Assembly (NCBI GenBank): GCA_040386535.1
Contig: JAZKFH010000019.1
Location: 258,186 to 322,185, forward strand
Length of the DNA stretch: 64,000 nt
Reading direction: 5' to 3'
Origin: Myxococcota bacterium
GTDB lineage: Bacteria > Myxococcota_A > UBA796 > SXON01
Positions 9,334 to 19,058 of the stretch are shown here, piece after piece. The translations under genes were made by a program, and so were the position numbers. Below the pieces are notes generated by a model. The model had not been told where the DNA came from, made no database searches, and saw only the letters and a list, made by a program, of their open reading frames with translations. The first letter of the stretch is position 1. The number at the start of each line of letters is the position of its first letter.

Positions 9334-10467
9334 GTGGTGTGGTTGCTTGCGAGCAGCGCGTTCGCGCTGACGTTGGATGAGGTGGTCGCGCGGGCGGGTG
9401 AGGTCAATCCGTACGCGGTCGCGTCGGATCTGGAGTGGCGGAAGCTCCGGATGGAGGCGGCGGAGCGGTGGTCCCTCCTGTCGGTCACCCCGGAGGTCAC
9501 GCTGGAGCGGCGGTGGGTCGCGGGGACGGTCGCCGACGAGGGGCAGGTCAAGGTGACCGCGGGCCTGCTGAACGTGCCCGGCTGGTTCGACGCGCTGGAG
9601 CAGTCGGCGCAGGCCCGGTCGTACCGCCACGTGTCCGAGGCCACCGCGCTGGACGCCCAATATGCAGCCGCCGTGCTCTACTTCGAGGCGCTCGCGGCCG
9701 AGGGCATGCGCGACGCGGCGCTGCAGTTCGTGACCGAGTCCGCGCGGACGCTCGAGGCCACGCGGGCCCGCGTGCAGGTGGGGATGGACTCGGAGATCAT
9801 GCTGCGCACGGCCGAGGTCCAGGCGCTCGAGGCCGGCACGGCGCTCCAACGCGCGGAGTCGGGCGTGCGCAATTCGCGGGCGCGCCTCGCGCGGGCGATC
9901 GAACAGGAGGTCGATACCCTGGTGCCCGTGCGCGTGGAGCCGCCCCCCGCGGAGCCGGCGCGCTCGCCCTGGATCGAGGCCCAGCGCGAGCTGACCACGG
10001 CCGCCCACATGGAGCACGCCCAGTCCTGGTCGGAGCTCTTGCCGACCGCCGAGCTCCAGGTGGAGGCGCCGATCGGGGTCGACGAGTGGACGGTCACGCT
10101 CCAGGGCACCTGGACGATCGACGGCGCGGGGCCCTTCCTCCGCGCCCGCGCCTCGGCGCTCGCGATCAAGCAGTCGGAGGTGCTCGTGCGCGGCCTCCAG
10201 CTCGACCACGACCTGTGGGTGGAGACCGGGCGGGAGGATGCGCGCTCGCTTGGGGAGGAGGTCACGTCCGCGCGCGCGCGCGTCGAGCTGTCCATCCAGA
10301 CGCTGGCCGTGGGGCAGGCGCGGCTGATCGTGGGCCTCATGGACACGCTCGACGTGATCAAGCTCCAGGAGGACGTGGTCGACGCGCGCGTGGATCAGAT
10401 CAACGCGGAGCTCGAGGAGGCCTACGCCGTGCTCGAGGCGCGGCGGCTCGCCGGCACGCCCTGGTAG
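9334..10467 (+). CDS. TolC-family outer membrane efflux protein
   Basis: GGAGG SD; ALTLDEVV after a short signal; two OEP-like repeats (LYFEALAA..., ARLIVGLMDTLDVI..Q). Confidence 0.75.
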   Translation: MVWLLASSAFALTLDEVVARAGEVNPYAVASDLEWRKLRMEAAERWSLLSVTPEVTLERRWVAGTVADEGQVKVTAGLLNVPGWFDALEQSAQARSYRHVSEATALDAQYAAAVLYFEALAAEGMRDAALQFVTESARTLEATRARVQVGMDSEIMLRTAEVQALEAGTALQRAESGVRNSRARLARAIEQEVDTLVPVRVEPPPAEPARSPWIEAQRELTTAAHMEHAQSWSELLPTAELQVEAPIGVDEWTVTLQGTWTIDGAGPFLRARASALAIKQSEVLVRGLQLDHDLWVETGREDARSLGEEVTSARARVELSIQTLAVGQARLIVGLMDTLDVIKLQEDVVDARVDQINAELEEAYAVLEARRLAGTPW

Positions 10468-10470
10468 CGA

Positions 10471-12360
10471 TCAGGGGCAGACGGGCCCGCTCCACGCATC
10501 GACGTTGTTCCCCTCCTCACACTCGAACAGCAGGCCCGCGCCCGTCGCGTCCGCGTCGACCTCGGCCAGGGGCTCCGCGTCGCCGAGCAGGCTCGCGTCC
10601 AACTCGAAGAACAGGGGCTCGCCGGTCTTGCCGGAGGGCACGGGGAGCGTGGTGTACTGGGTGCCGAGGATGGGGCCCCCGGGGCCGGCACGCACGCTCA
10701 CCGGGATGCCGGCGGCCGCCTCCGTGTTGCCTGCGTTGGTGACCCACGCGCCCGCGAACACCACGCCCGCGTCGCACTCGTCCTCGCACACGTCGAACAG
10801 CTCGGCCCCCAGGTCCACGTAGTTGCCGGGGGGCTGCCCGACGTCGCCCGATCGGAAGCTGTTGTGTTCGGGCCAGTTGGAGGTGCGCGTGGTGGGGATC
10901 TCGCCGTGGTCGCCCACGTTGGTGATCGAGTAGCCGTGCTGGTTCCAGGTCTTGCGCCCGGCGGGCCAGCTGTCGTCGGCATCGCCATACACGGTGAACG
11001 AGCGGTCCCAGGTGCAGTGGCCGACCACGATCTCCACGTGCCCGTCGTTGTCGACGTCGGCGACGATCGGCGTCTCGATGATGGTGCGGCTGCCGTGTTC
11101 GTCCGATTCCAGCTTCACCTCGCCGTCGAGGCCGGAGTAGAAGCGCACCGTGGTCTCGTCGGCGTAGAGCACCTCGGGGTAGCCGTCCATCTCGAAGTCG
11201 AAGAGCACGGCGCCGGCCGCGCCGGAGAAGTCGTCCACCGGCGCGCGCCACATCTCGACGCCACCCCACTTCATCGCCACGAGCACGTCCTGCGCGGCGA
11301 ACACGATGTCCGGAACGCCGTCGGCATCGAGGTCGTCGATGGACGGGGGGCCCACGTTCACCCCGGCGAACCCGTAGTTGATCGGGCCCCACACCTCGGT
11401 GCCGTCCGACTCCATGCCGGTGATGTACCAGCCGCTCGTCTTGACGATCTCGCCGTCTCCGTCGCCGTCGAAGTCGGCCACGGCGATGAGCCCGTCGCGG
11501 CCGTTGTTCCGCCACTTCACCGAGCCGTCGGGATTGTAGGCGGCGTTGCCGGTCACCAGCTCTTCGGTGCCGTCGCCGTCGAGATCCACGGGGACCGAGA
11601 GCGCGCCGTAGCTGCCGTAGGCGGTGTCGCCCTGGAGGAAGGCGGCGCCCTTGCCGAGCGTGCCGCGGCCGCGGATCTGCCCGGTGTTGTCGAGGATGAT
11701 GCTGCCGACGGTGATCTCGGGGTGGCCGTCATGGTCCATGTCGGAGATGGAGGGGTGGTTGTACCCGAGCTCGTCGACCTGGCGGCCGATGTTGGGCGAC
11801 TCCCAGAGCACCGCGCCGGTCCGACCGTCGAGCGCGTGAACGGTCGCGACGCCGCCCACGACCACCTCGGGCCACCCATCGCCGTCGAGGTCCCCGATGG
11901 CGAACCCTCCGTCCTGGCCCATCCCGGCGGCGGTCTCCCAGTACACGCCCGAGTTGTCGCCCTTCACCGCCACGACCTTTCCGCCGTCCGTCCCGGTGGC
12001 GCCGCCCTGGAAGATGACGATCGCCGGCATGTCCCCGTCGTCGATGGCGCCCGAGCCGTTGCTGTCGACGATCTGGCCCACCGCCGGGGGCCCGCAGAAC
12101 GAGCTGGTGCCGTAGTGGTATTCGACCACGGGCGTGAACGTGGCGGTCTGGAGCTCGACCTCACACTCGGTGTTGAGCGGCACGTCGTGCGGCGCGCCCG
12201 CGAGCCCCTCGCAGATGTCGGAGTAGTCGATCTCCACGGGCGCATCGGTGTCCCCGGCGGTGTCGTCCGCGCCGTTGACGTCCTTGCGGGCCTCCAGATC
12301 GTATTCCTGGCATGCGGACGAGAGCGGCGCGAGGAGGAGCAACACGGCGGTCGAGCGCAT
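10471..12360 (-). CDS. FG-GAP/VCBS repeat lipoprotein
   Basis: LSSAC lipobox; repeats GDLDGDGWPEVV, DMDHDGHPEI, DLDGDGTEEL, DFDGDGDGEI, ADVDNDGHVEIV; WNQHGYSITN motif. Confidence 0.85.
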   Translation of the reverse strand: MRSTAVLLLLAPLSSACQEYDLEARKDVNGADDTAGDTDAPVEIDYSDICEGLAGAPHDVPLNTECEVELQTATFTPVVEYHYGTSSFCGPPAVGQIVDSNGSGAIDDGDMPAIVIFQGGATGTDGGKVVAVKGDNSGVYWETAAGMGQDGGFAIGDLDGDGWPEVVVGGVATVHALDGRTGAVLWESPNIGRQVDELGYNHPSISDMDHDGHPEITVGSIILDNTGQIRGRGTLGKGAAFLQGDTAYGSYGALSVPVDLDGDGTEELVTGNAAYNPDGSVKWRNNGRDGLIAVADFDGDGDGEIVKTSGWYITGMESDGTEVWGPINYGFAGVNVGPPSIDDLDADGVPDIVFAAQDVLVAMKWGGVEMWRAPVDDFSGAAGAVLFDFEMDGYPEVLYADETTVRFYSGLDGEVKLESDEHGSRTIIETPIVADVDNDGHVEIVVGHCTWDRSFTVYGDADDSWPAGRKTWNQHGYSITNVGDHGEIPTTRTSNWPEHNSFRSGDVGQPPGNYVDLGAELFDVCEDECDAGVVFAGAWVTNAGNTEAAAGIPVSVRAGPGGPILGTQYTTLPVPSGKTGEPLFFELDASLLGDAEPLAEVDADATGAGLLFECEEGNNVDAWSGPVCP

Positions 12361-12442
12361 GGGGGCTTCCACGGGAGGGTGTGCTTGTACACCGGACGGC
12401 CGCCGGCTGTCGGGGTTAACGGAGTACCTTGCGAGCGGGACG

Positions 12443-13816
12443 ATGACGAGAGACTTGACCCCCTCCTCCTGGACCCCGTCTTCCTGGAAGGCGCATCCCG
12501 CGCGGCAGCAGGTCGAATACGACGATCCCGTCGAGCTCGCCGCGACCCTGGCGACCCTCTCCCGCCTCCCGCCCATCGTGACCAGCTGGGAGGTGGAGAA
12601 GCTGAAGGCGCAGCTCGCGCAGGCGGGGCGCGGCGAACGTTTCCTGCTCCAAGGGGGGGATTGCAACGAGCGGTTCTCCGATTGCCAATCGCACCGCATC
12701 GACGCGAAGCTCAAGGTGCTCTTGATGATGAGCGCCGTGCTCGTGTACGGCAGCGGGCGCCCCGTCGTGCGCGTGGGGCGCATCGCCGGCCAGTACGCGA
12801 AGCCCCGATCGGCCGCCACCGAGACCCGGGACGGCGTCACGCTCCCCGCCTACCGCGGCGACCTGGTGAACCGCCCCGCCTTCACCGCCGAGGCCCGCCG
12901 CCCCGATCCGCGCAACCTCATCGAGGCCTACAGCCGCTCCGCGATGACCATCAACTTCGTCCGCAGCCTCCTCTCCGGCGGCTTCGGCGACATGCACCAC
13001 GCCGAGATCTGGGACCTCGCCTGGGCCGAGAAGGCGGGGGAGGCGAACGAGTACCGGGCGCTGGTCGAGTCCATGAAGGCGTCCATGCGCTTCCTGGACG
13101 CGATGGTGGGGCGCCCGCTGAGCGAGCTTCAGGGCGTCGAGTTCTACACGAGCCACGAGGGGCTGCACCTCGACTACGAGCAGGCCGCCACCGAGCGCCC
13201 GCCGCTGCGGGACGGCTACTACGACCTCTCCACGCACCTCCCGTGGATCGGCGAGCGCACCCGCGACATCGGCGGCGCGCACGTCGAGTTCTTCCGCGGC
13301 ATCCGCAACCCGGTGGGGGTCAAGGTCGGGCCCGGCATGGAGCCCGAGGAGCTGATCGCGCTGCTCGACGCGCTCAACCCGAACGACGAGCCCGGCCGCC
13401 TGACGCTGATCGTGCGCATGGGCGCGAAGAACGTGACCCAGCGCCTCCCGCCCCTGGTCGAGGCCGTGCGCCGCGCCGAGCGTGTCGTGACCTGGGTGAG
13501 CGACCCGATGCACGGGAACACGTACCAGACGGCGGACGGCACGAAAACCCGCCGGTTCGACGACATCCTGGGAGAGGTCGATCAGAGCTTCGCGGTGCAC
13601 GCGGACGCCGGCTCCGTGCTCGGCGGCGTCCACTTCGAGCTGACCGGAGAGAACGTCACCGAGATCGTCGGCGGCTCCTGCGGTCTGACCGAGGCGGACC
13701 TCGGCGCGGCCTACGAGAGCGACGTGGACCCGCGGCTCAACCGCTCCCAGGCGCTCGAGATGGCCTTCCTCATCGCGCGCCGGCTCAAGGATCCGCGGTT
13801 CCGACCGCGCGCGTGA
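12443..13816 (+). CDS. Class II 3-deoxy-7-phosphoheptulonate (DAHP) synthase
   Basis: LLQGGDCNE, GRIAGQYAKPRS, YTSHEGL, WIGERTR, DPMHGNT, GGVHFELTG, DPRLN. Confidence 0.96.
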   Translation: MTRDLTPSSWTPSSWKAHPARQQVEYDDPVELAATLATLSRLPPIVTSWEVEKLKAQLAQAGRGERFLLQGGDCNERFSDCQSHRIDAKLKVLLMMSAVLVYGSGRPVVRVGRIAGQYAKPRSAATETRDGVTLPAYRGDLVNRPAFTAEARRPDPRNLIEAYSRSAMTINFVRSLLSGGFGDMHHAEIWDLAWAEKAGEANEYRALVESMKASMRFLDAMVGRPLSELQGVEFYTSHEGLHLDYEQAATERPPLRDGYYDLSTHLPWIGERTRDIGGAHVEFFRGIRNPVGVKVGPGMEPEELIALLDALNPNDEPGRLTLIVRMGAKNVTQRLPPLVEAVRRAERVVTWVSDPMHGNTYQTADGTKTRRFDDILGEVDQSFAVHADAGSVLGGVHFELTGENVTEIVGGSCGLTEADLGAAYESDVDPRLNRSQALEMAFLIARRLKDPRFRPRA

Positions 13817-13818
13817 CC

Positions 13819-15015
13819 ATGCGCCCCTCCGCTGACTCGGATCCCGGCGCGTTGGTGTGGCTCCTCGGCGCGCTCGCCGCGCTCGGGCCGCTCTCCATCG
13901 ACATGTACCTGCCGAGCTTTCCGGACATCGCCCGGACCTTCGGCGCCGACGTGGCCGACGTCGAGCTCACCCTCGCGGTGTACCTCGGCGGGCTCGCGTT
14001 CGGGCAGTTCGTGTACGGGCCGCTGTCCGACCGGTTCGGGCGCCGGGCGCCGCTCATGGGCGGCCTCGCGCTCTACGCCCTCGGCTCCCTCGCGTGCGCG
14101 GCCGCCCCCACCCTGGCCATGCTCACGGCGGCGCGGCTCCTCCAGGCGCTCGGCGGGTGCGCCGGCATGGTGATCTCGCGCGCGGTGGTCCGCGACCGTT
14201 TCGACGAGGCCGCCTCCGCGAAGTTGTACTCGTCGTTGTTCCTGGTGATGGGCGTCGCCCCGATCCTGGCGCCGCTCCTCGGTGGGCAGCTGCTCCTGGT
14301 CGGCGGGTGGCGGTCGATCTTCCTCGTGCTCGGGCTGTTCGGCGTGGCGGTCCTGGCGCTCCTGGCGCGGTGGCTCCCCGAGAGCCTGCACGCGGACGGG
14401 CGAGTGGTGAGCAGCGCTGGCGAGATTGGCACGGCCTCGTTCTCCGTCCTGCGCAACCGCCGATTCTTGTGCCTGGGCCTCGCGAGCGGCGCGATGCAGG
14501 CCGCGATGTTTGCGTACATCTCCGGCTCGCCCTTCGTGTTCATCGAGCTCCTCGGCGTGCCGCCCGAGCGTTACGGCCTGCTGTTCGGGGCCAACGCGAT
14601 CGGCCTCATCACTTGCTCCCAATTGAACCGGTGGTTGGCGCCACGCTTCGGCGTGCTCCACGTGCTGCGCGGGGCCGTGCTCGTGGGCTGCCTCGCCTTC
14701 GCCGCGCTCGCCGTCGTCGCGCTGAACGGTGGCGGCCTGTGGGCGCTGATGCCACCCATCTTCATCGGGGTCTCCGCGCTCGGCCTGGTGCTCCCCAACA
14801 TCACCGCGGCGGTCATGTCGCCCTTCGGCGAGAAGGCGGGGCTCGCCTCGGCGCTGCTCGGTACCCTCCAGATGGTGTGCGCCGCGACCGCGGCCGTCGC
14901 GGTGAGCGCGCTCTCCAACGGCACCGCCCTCCCGATGGCCGGCGTCATGTGTGTCTGTGGGGTCCTCGCGCTGATCCTCGTGGGCGTTGACCGTTACACG
15001 CCGCGTTACGGGTAG
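13819..15015 (+). CDS. Bcr/CflA-family multidrug MFS transporter
   Basis: LSIDMYLPSF, GPLSDRFGRR, APLLGG, LPESL, YISGSPFVF; about 12 TMs. Confidence 0.93.
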   Translation: MRPSADSDPGALVWLLGALAALGPLSIDMYLPSFPDIARTFGADVADVELTLAVYLGGLAFGQFVYGPLSDRFGRRAPLMGGLALYALGSLACAAAPTLAMLTAARLLQALGGCAGMVISRAVVRDRFDEAASAKLYSSLFLVMGVAPILAPLLGGQLLLVGGWRSIFLVLGLFGVAVLALLARWLPESLHADGRVVSSAGEIGTASFSVLRNRRFLCLGLASGAMQAAMFAYISGSPFVFIELLGVPPERYGLLFGANAIGLITCSQLNRWLAPRFGVLHVLRGAVLVGCLAFAALAVVALNGGGLWALMPPIFIGVSALGLVLPNITAAVMSPFGEKAGLASALLGTLQMVCAATAAVAVSALSNGTALPMAGVMCVCGVLALILVGVDRYTPRYG

Positions 15016-15659
15016 CCCGAGTACCCGTCGGCGATCGGGCGCGCGACCGAGATGCTGGCGGCATCCCCGGTGACCCACACCTGGGCGCCGTAGTTGAAGG
15101 CGAATTGGATCCAGACGCCCTCGTAGTACATGTGGAGCACGTTCTCCAACAGGAGCGGCGTGCCCTCGTAGTCGTAGGTCCAGGCCTCGGAGAATCCCCA
15201 AGCGTAGTCGAACGCCCCGTCCACGTATCCATTCTCGAAGAAGTCATCGCAGCGAGGGCCGACGGCGAGCGAGCCCTCGACGGGGCCGAGGTCGAACGAC
15301 CAGTCGCACTCGGGACAGCCCGCCGGCGCGGGGCCCTCGTAGGCCATGCTCCCTTGGATGACGCAGGACCAATCATCGGCGCGCAGGTCGTACATGCCGT
15401 AGCCGAAGGAGGCCGAGGTGAGCTCGCCCCCGTCGGTCGTGAAGTCCGCCAGGAAGTAGAAGACGCCGGAGTCGTCGTACGGGTCGGTGATGTCCGTGTC
15501 GACGTCGGTGTCCGTATCGGTATCCGTATCGGCGTCCGTGTCCGTGTCGGTCTCGTCGGCCGCGGTCTCGTCCAGATCGTCCTTGCCGGAGATGCAGCTG
15601 ACCGAGGCGAGCAGGGTGACGACGGAACCGAGCAGATGCCTGTTCACGATGGACCTCAT
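15006..15659 (-). CDS. Hypothetical lipoprotein with acidic DT linker
   Basis: LASVSC lipobox, (DT)n tract, CPECDWSF motif. Confidence 0.7.
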   Translation of the reverse strand: MRSIVNRHLLGSVVTLLASVSCISGKDDLDETAADETDTDTDADTDTDTDTDVDTDITDPYDDSGVFYFLADFTTDGGELTSASFGYGMYDLRADDWSCVIQGSMAYEGPAPAGCPECDWSFDLGPVEGSLAVGPRCDDFFENGYVDGAFDYAWGFSEAWTYDYEGTPLLLENVLHMYYEGVWIQFAFNYGAQVWVTGDAASISVARPIADGYSGYP

Positions 15660-15720
15660 CTGACGCGCGTAACCCCCCGCCGCCTGCCTTGCGCCCCGAC
15701 GGCGGGTTAGCTCGGCGCCC

Positions 15721-15966
15721 GTGCCGCACCTCAACGACCTGCCCGAACAGACCGACGAGCGCGCGCTCCGCGAGTGCCTGCGGGCCCTCGTCCCCGGGGC
15801 GCTGGTCGCGGTGGGGGTCATCGCCGGCGTGCTCGTGATGCGCGCGATCTACGGGTTCCCCGGGTGGCTCTCGCTGCTGCTCGTGGGGTTCGCCGCGTTC
15901 ACGCCAATGTCGGACGCGGTCACGGCTTTCTTCTTGTGGCGGGAGCTGCGGGAGAAGCGGTCCTGA
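15721..15966 (+). CDS. Small two-TM hypothetical protein
   Basis: 81 aa ORF with two hydrophobic segments filling the gap between genes. Confidence 0.55.
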   Translation: MPHLNDLPEQTDERALRECLRALVPGALVAVGVIAGVLVMRAIYGFPGWLSLLLVGFAAFTPMSDAVTAFFLWRELREKRS

Positions 15967-15975
15967 CCGCGGGGG

Positions 15976-18651
15976 TTACCGGCAGCCCTGGGTGCGGCTC
16001 GCGGTCGAGTCGTAGCTGCACGAGGTGAGATCGGCGTCGCACCCCGTCCGCCAGCTTCCCGCGCTTCCGCACGCCGGATCGGTCGCGCTCGACCAGCCGT
16101 TCGTGTAGTCGAGGCACACGTACACCGCGCCTGTACACTCGTAGTTGGCCGTGTACTGCTTCGACTGGGAGCCGTCACAGTTGTAGTCGTAGCTGCCATC
16201 CCCACGGCTCGTCGTGTGGTACGCGCTCGCGTCCGGATTGGCGCTCGTGTTGCTGTCGTAGCAGTCGTCGTTGTTGGTGGCCGTGTAGTACGACGTGGGG
16301 TCGCAATAACAACGGGCCGCGACCGTGGCCGAGCCGTATCCGTCCCCATCGTAGTCGTAGTTGTAGCTCGTGCAGCCGGTGGCGTTGATCTCGTCGATCG
16401 TGCCGTCACAGTCGTTGTCGATGCTGTCACACGCCTCGGTCCGCCCCGGGTAGGCGGAGGAGGAGGAGTCGTTGCAGTCGGTCGCGTTGCTGATGTACCC
16501 GGCGGGCTGGACACACTGGGTGCGCGTGGCGGAGGCGCTGCCGTAGCCGTCGCTGTCACTGTCACGGTACCAGACGGTCGTGGGGTTGAGCGAGGCGCTC
16601 GTGTCGTCACAGTCGGTCGAGTTGGTGACATACCCGGCGGGCAGCGAGCACGCCGCGGCGGTCGAACTCGGGTTGCCGTAGCCGTCCGCGTCGGCGTCGC
16701 GGTAGTAGGTGGTGGTCACCCCCTCGTCGCTCCCGCCGTCACAATCGTCATCGATGCTGTTGCAGGTCTCCACGGCGGCCGGGCTCACCGCGGCGCTGGA
16801 GTCGTTACAATCGGTCGCGCCCGCGACATAGCCGGCGGGCGCCGTGCACGAGCGGGTGGTCGTGGTGGTGCGGCCGTAGCCGTCCCCATCGCTGTCGAGG
16901 TACCAGGTGGGCGCGTCGGTCGCGGAGGCCTCGTCCACGCTGCTGTCACAGTCGTTGTCGACGCTGTCACACAGCTCGGCGGCCCCGGGGTTGACGGCGG
17001 TGTTCGTGTCGTTGCAGTCGGTGGTGTCGGCGACGTACCCGCTCGGCGCGCTGCACGCGCGGGTGGTGCTGGTGGTCGTGCCGTACCCGTCCGTGTCACT
17101 ATCACGGTACCAGGTGGGGGCGTCGGACGCGGTGGCCTCGTCCGTCGTGCCGTCACAATTGTTGTCCACGCTGTCGCAGACCTCGGTGCCGACGGGGCTG
17201 GTGGTCGCGTTCCCGTCGTCACAGTCTGTCGCGTTTGCCACGTATCCGGCGGGTTGGGTACACCCGCGGGCGGTCACCGACGCGTTGCCATGATAATCGC
17301 CATCGGCGTCCTGGTACCAGGTGCCGGCGTCCACGGCAGAGTCCTCGTCCGCCGCGCCGTCACAGTCGTTGTCGACGCTGTCGCACGTCTCCGCGGCGTC
17401 GGGGCTCGTGGTGGCCTCGGCGTCGTCACAGTCGCCCTCCGCGAGCACGGCACACTCCGGCTCGCTCGAGCCGGTGCAGGCGCCCGCCTCGCAGAAGCAG
17501 TCCCCATCGTCATCGTAGAGGCCGGTGCCCTCGTCCGCCGTGCCGTCGCAGTCGTTGTCCACGGCGTCCCCGAGCTCGGGCGCGCCGGGGTACACGCTGG
17601 GGGCGGCGTCGTCACAGTCGCCCTCGGTCTCGGTGTAGCCGTCCAGATCGTCGTCCACGCAGCTGGTGCCGTCGTCGATGGCGAGGTCACAGTCGTTGTC
17701 GGCGCCGTCACACACCTCGAGCGCGCCGGGGTAGGTGTCGGCGTCGCCGTCGTCACAGTCGCCCGTGGTCTCGGTGAAGCCGTCCCCGTCGTCGTCCGTG
17801 TTGGTGGTGCCCTCGTCGATCGTGCCGTCACAATCGTCGTCGATGCCGTTGGCGTACTCGGTGGCGCCCGGGTGTACGGAGGGATCCGCGTCGTCGCAGT
17901 CGTTCTCCTGCTCGGTGTACCCGTCCAGATCGTCGTCCGAGGCGTCGGCCTCGAGCACGGTGAAGGGCGTGTCGGCGGTGGCCTCGTTGCCCGCGGTGTC
18001 CACCACGTGCACGGACACGATGTGATCGCCGGGGGAGAGGGTGGAGGCGCAGCTCGCGAGGCCGTCCAGATCGGCGGTGGGCTCGCAGAAGCTCCCGTCC
18101 ACGTCGGACTCGAACCACACGGTGAGGTCGGGCGCGGCGTCCTGCTCGTCGTGCACCAGCGCCTCGAACTCGAAGGCCACCCCCTCCACGCCCGAATCGG
18201 TGGAGCGTGGGCGCCGCAGCGTCACCTCCGGATCCTGCTCCACCGCGTCGACCACGATGGTGACGTAGTCCTCGGCCGACCGCGCCTCCGAGTTCGACAC
18301 CTGGAGGGTGATGACGTGTGTGCCGTACGACAGCGACGCGGTGGAGAAGCGGGCGTTGCCATCCCCATCCGCCGGATCCGTGTTCAGCGGCCCGTCCAGG
18401 TCGCTCGACCAGGTGAGCGACAGATCCGCGGCCCGATCGTTGTCGTCGGAGACCAGCCCCTCGAACGAGACCGCCGTGCCCTGGTCGAACGCCTCCCCGT
18501 CCACCGGGCGGCTGATGACCACGGCGGGCGGCGAATGGCGCACCGTGATGCCCTTGTCGCTGACGCACGACATCACGCCCACCACCGCAAGCAGGCCGAC
18601 GATGCGTAGGGAGGAGGAGGCGCGCAGGGAAGACACGGGGCTTCGAAGCAT
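15976..18651 (-). CDS. Lipoprotein with two Ig/PKD-like domains and about 10 MopE-type (putative metal-binding) repeats
   Basis: GAGGAG SD; VMSC lipobox; W.SD.DG Ig-like repeats; about 10 DC(D/N)D...PG..E.CD..DNDCDG units; Cys-rich C-terminus. Confidence 0.85.
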   Translation of the reverse strand: MLRSPVSSLRASSSLRIVGLLAVVGVMSCVSDKGITVRHSPPAVVISRPVDGEAFDQGTAVSFEGLVSDDNDRAADLSLTWSSDLDGPLNTDPADGDGNARFSTASLSYGTHVITLQVSNSEARSAEDYVTIVVDAVEQDPEVTLRRPRSTDSGVEGVAFEFEALVHDEQDAAPDLTVWFESDVDGSFCEPTADLDGLASCASTLSPGDHIVSVHVVDTAGNEATADTPFTVLEADASDDDLDGYTEQENDCDDADPSVHPGATEYANGIDDDCDGTIDEGTTNTDDDGDGFTETTGDCDDGDADTYPGALEVCDGADNDCDLAIDDGTSCVDDDLDGYTETEGDCDDAAPSVYPGAPELGDAVDNDCDGTADEGTGLYDDDGDCFCEAGACTGSSEPECAVLAEGDCDDAEATTSPDAAETCDSVDNDCDGAADEDSAVDAGTWYQDADGDYHGNASVTARGCTQPAGYVANATDCDDGNATTSPVGTEVCDSVDNNCDGTTDEATASDAPTWYRDSDTDGYGTTTSTTRACSAPSGYVADTTDCNDTNTAVNPGAAELCDSVDNDCDSSVDEASATDAPTWYLDSDGDGYGRTTTTTRSCTAPAGYVAGATDCNDSSAAVSPAAVETCNSIDDDCDGGSDEGVTTTYYRDADADGYGNPSSTAAACSLPAGYVTNSTDCDDTSASLNPTTVWYRDSDSDGYGSASATRTQCVQPAGYISNATDCNDSSSSAYPGRTEACDSIDNDCDGTIDEINATGCTSYNYDYDGDGYGSATVAARCYCDPTSYYTATNNDDCYDSNTSANPDASAYHTTSRGDGSYDYNCDGSQSKQYTANYECTGAVYVCLDYTNGWSSATDPACGSAGSWRTGCDADLTSCSYDSTASRTQGCR

Positions 18652-18707
18652 CGGGAGGCTCCTCTTCTTCTGTAGGGGAGCGCCCAGCATAGCCCGGTTC
18701 TTCGTCC

Positions 18708-19058
18708 CTAGTCCGAGAGCCCGCACGAAAGGAAGACTTCGAGCAACAGCAGGTCGTCCTCGAACACTCCGCCTCCAACCGGCATGGTTCCGTTTTCGAG
18801 CACCACGCGGCGCACATCGCTCGCGCGTGACTTTACGGCAGATTTCGTGTCGAAGTCCACGCCCACCGGCGCGCCGCTCCGTTGGTCGATGTTCGCGCTC
18901 GAATGGCACGCCGTGCAATAGGTACGAAAGAACCCATCACCCCACGCGTCCCAGCTCACGTCGGGCAGCTCGGCGCACGCCGCGGCGGCCACGGGGGCCG
19001 GCGGCGCAGGGGGAGGGGTCACTTGGGCGTCACACGCCACGAGGAGGAGCAGGATCAT
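18708..19058 (-). CDS. Small monoheme cytochrome c lipoprotein
   Basis: ATGA overlap with the upstream gene; MILLLLVAC; CTACH heme motif; distal TMP (likely Met ligand). Confidence 0.8.
   Translation of the reverse strand: MILLLLVACDAQVTPPPAPPAPVAAAACAELPDVSWDAWGDGFFRTYCTACHSSANIDQRSGAPVGVDFDTKSAVKSRASDVRRVVLENGTMPVGGGVFEDDLLLLEVFLSCGLSD

Noticed and set aside
10864..13818. Apparent 1383 aa MFS fusion; similarly long N-terminal extensions on PhoA (30996) and the nitroreductase (35597)
   Set aside because: The extensions overlap other real genes; true starts are about 13819, 33336 and 33263
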